64,000 nt of DNA from Eledone cirrhosa (Eukaryota), in the NCBI GenBank assembly GCA_964016885.1, contig OZ024742.1, positions 231,818,001 through 231,882,000 on the forward strand. The letters run 5' to 3'. How positions within the stretch are numbered: the first letter of the stretch is position 1; the number at the start of each line of letters is the position of its first letter. Below are positions 45,052 to 59,787 of the stretch, one piece after another. The notes below the pieces were generated by a model. That model saw nothing but the letters and a program-made list of their open reading frames with translations, was not told the DNA's origin and ran no database searches. A program made the position numbers and the translations under genes.

Positions 45052-45283
45052 AGTTAGAAGTAACAACAAAGCAGGCGCCAGGGTATTTAGAGCCCTAGGC
45101 TAGCACTAGAATATGTGCCACTTTCTCTCAGTTATGTACCCCATTCCAGGTCCTGATGCAAGGCAAGTTAGAAGTAACAACAAAGCAGGCGCCAGGGTAT
45201 TTAGAGCCCTAGGCTAGCACTAAAATATGCACCACTTTCTCTCAGTTATGTACCCCATTCCAGGTCCTGATGCAAGGCAAGTT
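45052..45283. repeat. Two-copy ~115 bp tandem duplication
   Basis: agttagaagtaacaacaaagcaggcgccagg...cctgatgcaaggca occurs twice. Confidence 0.9.
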
Positions 45284-45479
45284 AAATTGAAACAGAGAGC
45301 CTGGTACAACTTATATTCGAGAGACATTTTTCAAGTTGATTTTTTTAAAATTTAAATTAAATGCAATATTTATGATAAACATGATATACTTTGCCTTTCA
45401 TCCTTACGGGGTCGATAAAATAAAGTACCAGTAATACACTGGGGTAATTGCTGGGCTTGTGCCAAAAGTAGAAACAATT

Positions 45480-45900
45480 ATTTACAGTAACAATAAGAAA
45501 TTAGAACACAATAAGCCTGAACTGGTGGTTTGTGACAAGGAAAAAAGACCGTGCCTGATTGTAGATGTAGCTTGCCCCTTTGACACGAGAGTGCAAGAAA
45601 AGGAGAAGGAGAAAATTAACCGATACCAGGATTTAAAATGGGCGTTACAAAGGATTTGGGACTCTCATGCGATCAAGGTCGTCCCGATTGTTATAGGAAC
45701 ATTAGGTACTATCTCAAAGAGTTTTCAAGGATGGTTAAAGAACATTAGTCCAGCCCCATTTTTTTGGAACACTTCGAAAGGCATGCTTGCTGGGAACAGC
45801 AACAACCCTCCGATACGTCCTGAATATCTGAGGCTGCAGGTAGCGGCTTGATATTCATTTGAACAAACTTTCCAGTTGAATAACATCAATGACTGAGACT
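45480..45900 (+). mobile_element. R4/Dong-like LINE 3' end (REL endonuclease)
   Basis: HNKPELVV..CLIVDVACPFD..KEKEKINRYQDL..VVPIVIGTLG. Confidence 0.8.
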
Positions 45901-45909
45901 CAAAGAATG

Positions 45910-48900
45910 ATAATAATGGCTTCTTTATTGGCCACAAGGGCTAACATGAAGAAAACATTACGACGCTACAGGACGATACAAAGCGGGTTTTGGCCGTGTA
46001 AAAAAGGTTATAACAAGAAGATAGAAATATCAAAAAAATTCAAACAACAAAAATTCCCAAATAGGGGGGAAACTTCCAAGGGTCACTCGTGCCGAATACC
46101 ACACAAAAGACCACGGCCACCCTGACCATCAGGGCAAGCGCCCTCTCTCAGTTTTCCACTCCTCAGTCTACAGGTGCATACTCAGAGCGGGCCCGTTCAC
46201 TCGGACCAGACTCACCACTTTCACCCACCTTTTAACAAACTTACTAGAAGACAGCACTTGCCTCTCCACCCTGATTTTCCTCTTCAAGTGAAATTTGAAA
46301 AAGTTAATCAGGGATTCGCCGAAGAGGAAAGTGTCCGTCTTCAATCCTTTCAACCTTGTCCACCATACAATCTCTTTCGCCATGGCCACCAGGCAGATGA
46401 AAACTGCCTGCCCTTCCTCCTCCTTAAAGAAGGACTGCGGGGCTATCTGCACAATGGACTCAGTCGATAACCGGATCCGTTCTACACGTGACAGCAATGT
46501 TCGACATAGCTCCACAAGTCAGCAATGCTTGGACACTGAACGAGTGCTTGCACAACGGCTTCGTCGCTCTGTGCGCATCTCGGACAGGTTCAGCTGACGG
46601 CACTTCCATGCCTGTAGAGCAACGCTCCCCGGTAGCACTGCCAGGCCAGGGATTTATGGAAGTTGTCCAAAGGCCCCGGTCTGAAAGTTCTCTTAAAGAG
46701 AGCGAACAGCTGATCGTCTTCGACGCCCAGAGTCTCCCCAAGAACGTCGTCACTCTTCCCCACCACTAGTCCTCTATAGAACGCCGAGGTGGATGTTCCA
46801 CCGATACTAGTGCCCAGCTGGTAGAAGGCTGTGAGCGCTTGGAGACATTCCAGCTTCCAAGTGCTATCCCTCGGTCTTTTCCTGATCCAGGACTGCAGCT
46901 CCGTTAATGAGACGAGCTGGGGAAAAACACGTCTGGCAAACGGTGACCACACCTGTTCACCGTCAAGGAAGCACCAGAGATGTTGCAGCCTCAGCGCGTG
47001 TTTGCGCATCATCAGCCACAGCATGCCCACGCAATGGGTGTTGACAGCAGATGGATCGTCTGACCATGGGAGCACGTCCCTTCCATAAAAAACGGAAGAG
47101 GAGGCGCTCCATTTTTGTCAGAGTTGGGCCGGGGCTAGGCACAACGGTTAGGCGGTAGCAGATGACGGATGCGATGAATGCATTCGCCACCTCTGCCCGA
47201 CCTCTCAGGGACAGCTTCCTCTTGGCCCATTTCTGGGTGAGAGAGGCAACCCTGTTCGTCACCTCGTTCCAGTTTTTCTCCATCTGGAGGTCCGGACCGA
47301 ACCAGACCCCGAGCAATTTAACCGGACCTTCCGTCCAGCACCCCACGACGCTGTCGGGAGGCATGGACTTGCCTCTCCAGGTGCCGAGCTGCAAGCCCAC
47401 CGACTTTTCCTGGTTTAACTTTGCTCCTGTCACTGCTTCATATTCCTTGAGAGCGGTGCCGAGCATCTGGACATGTCCGATGCTTGACACCACCATGGTA
47501 ACGTCGTCGGCGTAAGCCGATACGGATCTCCCACATCCCAGTTCACGTGGGACGTCTCTCATCGCCTCCAATTTGTGCCGTAATGGCTCTAGGGCCAATA
47601 CGTACAAGAGTGACGAGAGGGGACAACACTGACGGATCGAGCGCATGATACTGAACGGCTGTGACAGATGACCGTTCACCTTCAGAACTGAGCAGCTGTA
47701 GCTGTGCGTCGCAGCGATCCAATCTGAAAATGGGCCCGAAACCAACCTCGAGGATTGCCGCCAGTTACCGATGGTCGACCCTATCAAATGCCTTAGATTG
47801 ATCTAAGTTGATCAGGGCCTCATCCGTGCCAGGTTCCTTAACCACCCTCTCTAGGACGTATCACATGAGGTGGAGGTTGTCGTGGATGGATATGTCTGGA
47901 ATGGCGCATGTCTTCGCCTCCCCTACCAGATTACCGACGACAAGCGCCAATCTCGTTGCTAACACCTTGGCCAAAATCTTGAAATCTGTTTAACAGAGTT
48001 ATGGGCCTGAAGTTATCTATAACGTCCCCTTTGTTCGGGTCGTTTCTCAACAGCACCACCGCTCACCGGCTCACAAAACTGGGAATGCTCCCGTTCTGTT
48101 GCCAGTTGCAGTAGACGTCTGCCAAGAGGTCGCCGAACAAGTCTGGTATGTACGCATAAAGCTCGTAGGACAGACCATCCAAACTTGGCGATTTACCACT
48201 CGGACAGTCAGACATCGCTTCCCGTATTTCACCTGCTGTTATCGGCTTTTCGCAATACTGTTCTGTTGTCGTCGAGAGCTGCTGCAGTCCCTCGAGGTAT
48301 GCACTGAAGTTCATACTCCGATCCGGCCCGCTCCCAAACAGTTGAGCAAAGTGCTACTGAAAAGCCTCACACATTTGCTCGGGTTCGAGTAACATGTGCC
48401 CGTTTTGGTCAGGCAAGGACTGAATTGTGGCTTTGTTACCACGTCGCGCCTCCACCACCCGGGCCCATTGGACAGCTTTTGTCCCCTCTTGTCTCAGAGC
48501 ACGCGCTTTAGCTCTGACAACGCAGCCTTCGTGCTTTGCATTGAAGAATTGGCCGAGTGCCAATCTTGCCGCAAGTACGTCGGTTGCGATGCCTGTCCTA
48601 AACGCCTCTTCTAGCTTTCTAACTAGCTCTCCTTCTACTCTATTTTCCTCTGTCACTACTCTTTTACTAAACCTTATCGATTCTACTGTAATTGCCCTTT
48701 TCAGGGTGAACCACCACCTGTTGTTGACGATCGCACCCGTCAACGCACGCTTAACTAATTCGCTTATCCGGTCTCTGTAAGCTTTGCGCGCCGTGAAAGA
48801 CACGTTCAGCTTCCAGTAACCGGGTCCTTGCCTATGAAGTCTATCTAAGTCGACTTCACAGATCACAAATTTGTGGTCCGAGTAGCCGACTACTTTAAAT

Positions 48901-49430
48901 TGTGGACAACCTACGCTAGCCTTATCTGTTTCCCTACACAATACCCTATCTAAATACGATCTGGATGACCCGATGCGGTTTGCCCATGTCCACATTGGCA
49001 CATTCGGATAATCCAGTCGATACCTGTCAGACCGTTGAAAGCGTCTGAGCAGGTTGGTGAGGCTTTTACATCCTCCTCCCTTATTTACTAGCCCCACATA
49101 ATCCCAGCGTGCTTCTAATATACCGTTCCAGTTACCCACTAACAGTAAAGAGCGGGACGTTCCAAGAAAGGTCTCTAGACGTCTGAAGAAATCTGGCCGT
49201 CCTGCCCCTGTTGGGGCTCAGATGGCTACTAGCCTGAAAGCATTGCCTTCGCTGCCTGTCACATCCAGTACCACCGACTTACCTTCTGGGTCCAGGAAGA
49301 TTGCCCGTATGACGAGATCCAAGCCTATCCGAAAAAGCACAGCAAATCCTCTCCCCGCTCCCGGACGACTGGGAGATGCGTATACATCGTACTGTTGAAA
49401 AAAAAACTGGAGCCGATGAGAAACGTGGCT
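45910..49430 (-). mobile_element. Tx1/L1-clade LINE ORF2 (APE plus RT), 5'-truncated and frameshifted
   Basis: APE GNWN, YLDRV, SDHK, YWKLN; RT KSPSLDGL, SIRQCCPLSSLLY, YADD; minus-strand AATAAA at 45924-45929. Confidence 0.9.
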
Positions 49431-49459
49431 TCACCTTCAATAATAATAATAATAATGAT

Positions 49460-50250
49460 TTCTAGTATAGGCACAAGGCCAGTAATTTGGGGGAGGGGAA
49501 AGTCGATTAAATCGACCCCAGTACGTTACTGGTGCTTTATTTTATCGACCCCGTAAGAATGAAAGGCAAAGTTAACCTCGGCGAGAATTGAATTCAGGCC
49601 GTAAAGGGATTTAACTCTATGCTGCAAAGCATGGCGTCCGATCCTCTACCGATACTGCCAATCCATCGCTGTTTCAAAATAATAATCACGAAAATTGTAC
49701 CGCCACGGGTCATTGAATAGTAGTTTGCGGGCCGTGTGTCTGAGATCCCTGTACGATACAGTCCACACGGGCAATGGAAGCATTTCCGAATTGAAGGGGG
49801 GGGGGGTGCTAAATTGGTCAATTTAGTTATAATGATTTGTTTAGCTGCAACTTTGTCTTTCATCCTTATGGGGTCGATAAAATAAAGTACCAGTAATACA
49901 CTGGGTTATTGCTGGCCATGTGCCAAAAGTAGAAACAATTATTAAAATCATTATTAAATATCACGGCAGTGTCAGTAGAGGGTCGGACGCCATGCTTTGA
50001 CGCAAAGAGTTACGTCCCTTTACGATCTGAGTTCAAATCCCGTCGAGGTTAACTTTGCCTTTCATCCTTACGGGGTCGATAAAATAAAGTACCAGTAATG
50101 TACTGGGTAATTGCTGGCCTTGTGCCAAAAGTAGAAACAATTATTAAATAGCAACCAAGATATAAAAAAAACTCAGAATGGCAAGGGCCGTAACTCTATG
50201 CGTCAAAGCATGGCGTCCGACCCTCTACCGATACTGCCAATCCACCAGCT
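49460..50250. mobile_element. Cluster of SINE S1 copies in both orientations
   Basis: tttgcctttcatccttacggggtcgataaaataaagtaccag and its reverse complement. Further copies at ~42730, 45385, 55090, 57725, 57960 and 63350. Confidence 0.75.
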
Positions 50251-50500
50251 AAACTAATCACTACAACTAAATTGACTAAATTTCCCCCTCCCCCATTCAG
50301 AAGAAAGAAAGAGAAATAAAATAGATTAAGGGGACGGGCGGGATGGAATTGGAAAAAATATCTTTAGATAAAAATATTAGGTCCATTCATATTGACATCT
50401 CTTGCAAAACTGTTGGTGCTGGCGTTTTGTGTTTGATTTGTTTTTAGAAAAGTGGATGATGGCGCGCGTCTACCTGAATACCTGAAATGGAAAAAAAAAC

Positions 50501-50817
<317 letters not shown>

Positions 50818-50962
50818 AATAAATTTGAAGACTAAAATCCAAAGAGGGCTCGATAAGGATAAATATATATATCAAATATATAAGAACCGTAGAGCAAATA
50901 TTTAGTTTCAGAAGATCCCGTTAAGCAGCGATTCTTTGCTTAAACTTTAATCTGTTATTTTA

Positions 50963-51028
<66 letters not shown>

Positions 51029-51031
<3 letters not shown>

Positions 51032-51221
51032 AACCAGTAAGACCCCGACAGCTGAGCACAAGCCGTTTCGACGGCTAATTCTGGTCCAGAATTAGCCGTC
51101 GAAACGGCTTGAGCTCAGCTGTCGGGGTCTTACTGGTTCCTATTACCCACTCTACTACCTCAAGTATTGAGTACTTTGGTGCGTTATGGTCCACCTGGTT
51201 CCTTACCACATTTCCTTCGTT
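51029..51221 (+). mobile_element. Family A fold-back element
   Basis: Palindrome with centre ttctgg-t-ccagaa plus tail. Confidence 0.9.
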
Positions 51222-51302
51222 ATATATATATATATATATATAGGAAAAGAGTCAGGACCCCGATGGTTGAGCTCCGGCCGTTTCGACAGCTAGATCCGAA
51301 CG

Positions 51303-51478
<176 letters not shown>

Positions 51479-51957
51479 TGTGTGTGTGTAATATGAAGAT
51501 TATAGGAAGTGATCGAGCGAAAGAAGCATATAGAATTTGTTAAGAATGTAAGTGGATTAATGAGAAATGAGAAATGAAAAAGAGTAGGTAGTGATATCTG
51601 AGAGGCTTTTAGAATAAGAACTGCATTGAATGAAGGTGAACATAGACCGGATACCTCTATGATTGCTAGAACTTGTAGATATTTGAAGAAGTGCGGAGTT
51701 TTATATTATAAAATAGAGGAAATAGTTTTGAAACATTTTTGTTATGTTTGTTTAATGAAAACAACTATTACTGCATCATTTATCTCAACCAAACATGGAT
51801 CTCCAAATCTATAACGTAGCACCGACAGCTTCACAGATGTTTTCGAGAAGTTTACACACGATTTTGTTTGTATTACTATCAAATTTGTAGTATAAATAAT
51901 TCGTTTGATTGGTTTTGACACGACGATTAATATTCATATGTCGAAGATAAATATATT

Positions 51958-52037
<80 letters not shown>

Positions 52038-52106
52038 TATATATATATATATATATATAGTTATATTTATATAGTCTGGAACTAGCTGAATATATATATA
52101 CACACA

Positions 52107-52174
<68 letters not shown>

Positions 52175-53662
52175 CACACACACACATATATATATATGTT
52201 TTAAAATGTAATTTCTAGACAACGATAATTATTACTCAGAATCTATCTGGTCTCCTTCATTGTGTGATATCGATTTCTAAAATTACATTTAACAAGCTTC
52301 TCCGAAGCAAGCAAAAACAAACAAACAAACAAATAAATTAATAAATGAATAAATAACCACTAGTACAGCGGTCAATAGCAAAAAAACAAAAAACAAGAGG
52401 AATTAGAAGAGAAAAGCTATGGATATAATAGGAATATTGTGGATCATATATTACCAAATAGTCATCATTGGAGTAGTGAATGGTCAGCCTCCTCTCAGAC
52501 GTCAGGAACACATTCCAAAGTAAGTATTGAAGTGGGGTATTTTTATATTTAAAAAAAAAATTGATATAATTTTATTTTTTAAATTTAATATATTGTGGGG
52601 TCGTCAAGTACGATATTTGTAGACATTTTTTTTTTTTTTTTCTACAAATTTCTGCAAATTTCACACTTGACGATCCAATACTTAGGCAGGGGTTGTGGAA
52701 CAGGGTCGGGGGTGAATAAGGGGGGGCCATATTTTTCCCCTCCGCCAATAATTGTATATTTTCTCCCCAAACTACCGAAACACATCTATTTCAGGGGCGC
52801 GGTGAAACTGGAGGGAGGTGGGGGGGGGGGGGGGGGGGGTGCCATGGCTCAGCCAATAATTATATTTTTCTCCCCCTAAACTACCAAAACACACATCTAT
52901 TTCTATATATGCTACAATTTATGTACATATTATGTTTATCACATATCGAATTTTTCTGGACATTTTAGAGTGAAAAAAGAGCTAAACTAACCACTACAAC
53001 TAAATGGACCAAATTTGCATCCCACTCTCTTCGCCCCCAATTCAGAAATACTTCCACCGCCACTGATTATATATATAATTATATTTTTCTCCCCAAACTA
53101 CCAAAACACATCTATATATATATGCGCTACAATTTAATGTACATGTTATGTTTATCACATGTCGAAGTTTTTTTTTCTTTTTATATCTTGGTTGATATTT
53201 GATGATAACAGCTAAATTAATCACTACAACTAGATTGACCAAATTTGTCCCCCGACCTCTACAATTCAGAAATGCTTCCATCGTCCCTGTTAAGTGAATA
53301 TAAAGTAACTTTTTTTTATATATTTGCTCACTCACGTTAGCTCACACACCGTTCACAAACACGCATATACATAAACACACACACACGCACTGTCGGTCTG
53401 TCTCTCTCCTGCTCGATATATCTGTGTATATGTATGTATACATGTATATGTTTATGTGTCTGTATATCTATGTGTGTGTATGTATATGTATATGTATATA
53501 TATAGAGAGAGAGTGGGGGGGGGGGGCATGTATATGTATCAGTCCTGTCAACTCTCCCCGTCGGACGGGGAAATCTTCCCATTTTGCCTCATTTCTCCCC
53601 GTTTCGGGGCACTTTTTTTCATGGTACTCCACGTTTGTGTTTTTAGAGGTTGGCAGGTTGAT

Positions 53663-53720
<58 letters not shown>

Positions 53721-53885
53721 ATGATATTAATAAATGGAAACTATATTTATAAAACCATATTTATTCTATTATATATATTTCAAGGGTACCAAAACTTTGG
53801 TACGACCTCATCAGATAAAATACAAAGTTTGTTTTATAAATAGTGACATATCCAGGAATCAGAGCTTAACGGCTCAGGTTCCGTT

Positions 53886-53923
<38 letters not shown>

Positions 53924-54035
53924 GTTCAGAGATCGGGAAGACCACAGATCAGAGTAGTATTCGTTGCGTGTTTAGCCACAGATATACACAATAATCCGTA
54001 CATACATACGTATGTACGTGCATACAAACATGTAT

Positions 54036-54066
<31 letters not shown>

Positions 54067-54111
54067 ACGAGATATATGTATATACAGGAAGAGAAAGCCA
54101 TATATCTCACA

Positions 54112-54155
<44 letters not shown>

Positions 54156-54158
<3 letters not shown>

Positions 54159-54366
54159 AACAAGTAAGACCCCGACGGCTGAGCTCAAGCCGTTTCGACG
54201 GCTAATTCTGGACTGAATTAGCCGTCTGGCGTCCAGAATTAGCCGTCGAAACGGCTTGAGCTCAGCCGTCGGGGTCTTACTTGTTCCTATTACCCACTCT
54301 ACTACCCTAAGTATTGAATACTTTGGTGCGTTATGGTCCACCTAGTTCCTTACCACATTTCCTTCG

Positions 54367-54368
<2 letters not shown>
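54156..54368 (+). mobile_element. Family A fold-back element with a duplicated centre
   Basis: Centre carries an extra gaattagccgtc copy. Confidence 0.9.
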
Positions 54369-54441
<73 letters not shown>

Positions 54442-54622
54442 CGAAAATGATAATACTAAAAGCGCATCTGGTATATATATAAAAAGGATCTTTATAACAT
54501 GTACACAACATGTGCATGAGGTAGTAGAGGACGCTTATATTATAAAGAGTCGGGACTCGACAGCTGAGCTCTTGCCATTTCAAAAGCTATTTGAAACGGC
54601 AAGAGCTCAACCAATGGGTCCT

Positions 54623-54699
<77 letters not shown>

Positions 54700-54776
54700 C
54701 AAAGGGATATTGAGGTAAAACTTGAACCGTTAAGGTGTCATTCCTGGATATGTCACTATTTATAAAACAAGCTTTG

Positions 54777-54837
54777 TATTTTATCTGATGAGGTCGTACC
54801 AAAGTTTTGGTACTCTTGAAATATATATAATAGAATA
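54777..54837 (+). ncRNA. Type I hammerhead ribozyme (mirror copy at ~53762-53822 on the minus strand)
   Basis: UAUUUUAU-CUGAUGA-gguc-GUACCAAA-gu-UUUGGUAC-ucuu-GAAA-UAUAUA-UA-AUAGAAUA. Confidence 0.75.
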
Positions 54838-55304
54838 AATATGGTTTTATAAATATAGTTTTCATTTATTAATATTATTGATATATATATATATGCGTAT
54901 GTGTGTGTGTGTACATGTATACATATATATATATACATATGCATACATCTACATATATATATATAAAATTACGTTTATTGGTTGGTGACGCGCGTTTCGC
55001 TACTGAATCAAAAGCTCGTCGGACCTCAGTAGTAGTAATGACAGAATACATACATGCATACATGTACACACACACACACATATCTATAACTGTTTCTACG
55101 TTAGGCACAAGGCCAGCAATTATCCAGTGCATTACTGGTACTTTATTTTATCGACCCTGTAAGGATGAAAGGCAAAGTCAACCTCGGCGGGATTTGAACT
55201 CAGATCGTAAAGGGACGTAACTGTGCTGGAAAGCATGGCGTCCGACCCTCCACCGATACTGCCAATAGAATGTATGTAGGTATATATATATATCTAAAAA
55301 GTCT

Positions 55305-55543
55305 AAAATCTGTCTTAAGCCAGAAGGCTCATTTGGCCGGTGCTTATCATGGCGTGAAGCGACTGAGAGTACAACATATCCCCCTGAACAGGACGCCAGT
55401 CCATCGCAGAGTTAAACCCCTAGCTATTTTCAGCTGAGTATACTGGAGCAACGTGAAATGAAGCGTCTTGCTCAAGAACGCAAGACGCAACCCACGATAT
55501 TATGATCGTAAGTCCTACACCCTTACCACTAGGCCACGTGCCT
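55305..55543 (-). mobile_element. tRNA-derived SINE, second family (also ~57500-57695 and ~61470-61795)
   Basis: Reverse-strand head ggcacgtggcctagtggtaagggtg; shared ctggagcaacgtgaaatgaagtgtcttgctcaag-like core. Confidence 0.7.
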
Positions 55544-55615
55544 ACATATGTATGCATACATACATATATATACATATATATATATACATATACACACACA
55601 CATATATATATATGT

Positions 55616-55716
<101 letters not shown>

Positions 55717-55845
55717 GTATATATATATGTATATATACATATGTATACATACATATATATACACATATATATATATATTGTTATACTTGGGGAGGGTCAT
55801 ATTTGTGTAATATTGCCAGAATTAATAACAGAACACACTCACTGG

Positions 55846-55945
<100 letters not shown>

Positions 55946-55994
55946 GTATATATATGTATGTATGTATACATATGTATATATATATATATATATA

Positions 55995-56350
55995 AAAATG
56001 AAAGGCAGGTTGTATGATGCCTGCATACGAACAGCAATGCTGCATGGCAGTGAGACCTGGGCATTGTGTGCAGAGGATATACGCAGACTAGAGAGGAACG
56101 AAGCTTGCATGCTCCGCTGGATGTGTAATAGTAATATACGTGAACGGCAAAGCATAAACGAACTAAGGGAAAAATTAGAAATAAGAGGGATCAGATGTTG
56201 TTTACTCGAGAGAAGGCTGCGTTGGTATGGACACGTGATGCGCATGAAAGACGACAGCTGTATAAAAAAGTGCAGGGCAATAAAGATAGACGGTAGCCAC
56301 GGAGTAGGCAGCCCCAGAAAAACCTGGGATGACCTGATAAATTCCAACCT
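55995..56350 (+). mobile_element. RTE-clade LINE 3' fragment
   Basis: [32 protein letters not shown]. Confidence 0.8.
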
Positions 56351-56825
56351 CACACACTTACCTCTCCAAGACAATGTCACTGGACCGAGATCTTTGGCAG
56401 TACTCAGTAATAGAGAAGACCCGCCTTACCTAAATACAAAGTGAAACCTACTACAGTCAGTAGGCATCTCTAACAAAATACACCCCCGTCCCACCACCCC
56501 CACCCCATCCACACCGCCCCTTTCAATGTAAAGTTATGTTGGTGCCACAACATCCAGGCCGAAACAAATGAGGTCGTGTAGGTGTCACGACAAAAAAAAA
56601 CACACAGTCCACGCTGTAATGTGGCCGTGTAGGCAACACGGTAAAAACCTCCCAGCCCCACACTGTAAATGTGGTTGGTGTTAGGAAGGGCATCCAACTG
56701 TAGAAAACCCGCCAGACAGTCCTATGCGAGCAAGACAATCACTCTTGCCTCAAGTGGGAAAACTCCCGTCCAAACCCATGCAAGCGTGGAACATGGACGT
56801 TAAACGATGATGATGATGATGATGA

Positions 56826-56880
<55 letters not shown>

Positions 56881-56933
56881 TGTGTGTATGTATATATATA
56901 TATATATACATATGTATATATATGTATATATAC

Positions 56934-56996
<63 letters not shown>

Positions 56997-57064
56997 CATA
57001 TGTATATATGTATGTATGTATACATGTGTATATATATATATATATATGTGTGTGTGTATGTATG

Positions 57065-57174
<110 letters not shown>

Positions 57175-58288
57175 ACATTCGAATATGCAACAGAAACGGT
57201 TTAAGTTTTATTCTAGAGCTTAAATCATCATCATCATCGTCATAATTATTTTACGTCGGTTTTCTTGGATAGGAGAGGTGGTCATGCTCTGAGGCTACAC
57301 AGGTCAGATGACTAAGTCTTGCTCATGAGTTCCATTTTAGTATGGGTACAATGAGTGGTTGACTTACCTCATGCCAACAACTTTACCGCGTGTACTGGGT
57401 TCATTTTATCGTCACACACATATGTGTGTGCCTGAGTACGTGCGTATATATATATATATACTGAATTTTGTTTGTGTATCGTACTCTACGCCAACGAAAT
57501 TGTTCAAAGGAAAGACAAAGGCCAATAGAGCTTTGAACCAGTGACATTCCAATTGATTTTTACAGCTGATTAAACTGGAGCAACTGAAATAAAGTGTCTT
57601 GTTCAAGAACAAAACGCACCTACCGGTCAAGAATCGAACTCACAGCCACACGATTGCAAGCTGAACGTTCTAAGCACTAAGCATTGCGCCTTCACACACA
57701 CGCATATGCAATACATATATAATAGTTTCTCATTTAGGCAACGTCCAGCAATTTGTGGGTAGGGGAAAGTCGATCAAATCGAAACCAGTGCGTGACTGGT
57801 ACTTTATTTTATCGACCCCGTAAGGTTGAAATGTAAAGCTAACCTCAGCGGAATTTACACTCAGAACATAAAGAACCGTTACTATATGCCGCAAAGCATG
57901 TTGTCCGACGCTCTACCGACACTGCCAATCTACCACCCTGCCAATTCACAATACATATATAATTGTTTCTACTTTAGGCACAAGGCCAGCAATTACCCAG
58001 TGCATTACTGGTACTTTATTTTATCGACCCCGTAATATAATATGTTAGAATTTGTAATAAACCTCTTCGTATGAATGTGCGCAATATTGTTTCCAAAATG
58101 GCCTTGTGATAATATTTTTCTTACGTTATTTGTATATATTTTTCTTACAAAACTCAGAAGGGAACAATATTATTCAACGTGAAACGTGTCTGAGAGTTAA
58201 CGGTAGCTTGGATTACGATTTATTACATGAGATGTAGCGGATGTTTCTCATTCTTCGCAAAGAATTCTCTGTTTTATTGACTGCATAA

Positions 58289-58375
<87 letters not shown>

Positions 58376-59050
58376 CACACACAAATACACAGAAATAAAT
58401 ACATACACACATAATCATGCACATACACACACAAACAAGCATATATATATATTATATATACATATTACATACATGTGTGTGTTAAAATCCGTGTACAAAC
58501 AACGAGCAGTCACTGGAAATTCGGCGTAAAACTGATAAACAGAGACATCATTTTTGTTTATCACCTATCCGCTGAGAATTACCTCGATTTCGGTTTATTT
58601 TTGTATGTATGTATGTATGTATGTATGTATGTATGTATGTATGTATGTATGTATGTGCGTATGTACATATGAATGTATGGTATGTATGTATGTATGTGTG
58701 AATGTATGTATGTATATATGCATGTATGTGTGAATGTATGTATGTATATATGCATGTATGTGTGAATGTATGTATGTATATATGCATGTACGTGTGAATG
58801 TATGTATGTATGCATGTATGTGTGAATGTATGTGAGTATATATGCATGTGTGTATGCATTTATGTATTTATGCATGCATGTATGTATAAATGCATGTATA
58901 TATATATATATATATATATGCATGTATAAATGCATGTATATATATATATATATATGCATGTATAAATGCATGTATATATATATATATGCATGTATCTATG
59001 TGTGTATATATATATATATATAGATACATGCATACATATATATATATACA

Positions 59051-59145
<95 letters not shown>

Positions 59146-59251
59146 ATATATATGTATATATATATATATATGTGTCCCCAGAAAATGTATACACACTTCA
59201 AAACCATTCTAATAAAACTGTGTATACATTTTGGAGGGAAACTCTGTATAA

Positions 59252-59341
<90 letters not shown>

Positions 59342-59568
59342 ACAAGTGATTGCTTACTTCACCAAAACATTGTTAATGTTAAATACGCTCTATTAATATG
59401 TTGACTCTATAGATAGTACAGGATTCCTTTATACGGCACATGTTTTGAGTTTATTACACAAACCCTTAACACACGCACACGCACACATACACATACATGC
59501 AAACATGCATACATACACACATACATACAAACATACAAACATACATACATAATTACATAAATACATAC

Positions 59569-59787
59569 ATATAAAAGAAAAACAAACACAGATATGAACA
59601 TATATGTGTTCAAATCGCAAGGGACCAGATTCGACCTTAGCGAATCTGGTCCCTTACGATTTGAACACATATATGTATATATCTGTGTTTGTTTTTCTTT
59701 TATATTCAATTATAATATACGGCTCGGAAAAATCTCTTTCCTAGAGTTATTTTATTGTAAGAGACTATTTTGAGTTTCTAACCCAAT
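59569..59787 (+). repeat. Fold-back element (arms 59569-59633 / 59641-59705) plus ~80 bp tail
   Basis: 65 bp near-perfect arms with a 7 nt loop. Confidence 0.85.

Larger units (their letters stand above)
53717..54882. repeat. Inverted pLTR-like pair 53717-53880 / 54719-54882 enclosing nested family A elements
   Basis: ~165 bp reverse-complement match. Confidence 0.85.

Noticed and set aside
45052-45283. Retrozyme-like tandem repeat with CTGATG
   Set aside because: Reads CTGATGC with no GAAA or stems; treated as an ordinary duplication.
59171-59247. Tiny TIR element (similar small TIR-like features at 53538-53662 and 34480-34562)
   Set aside because: Plausible MITE remnants, but single-copy here and too short to classify.
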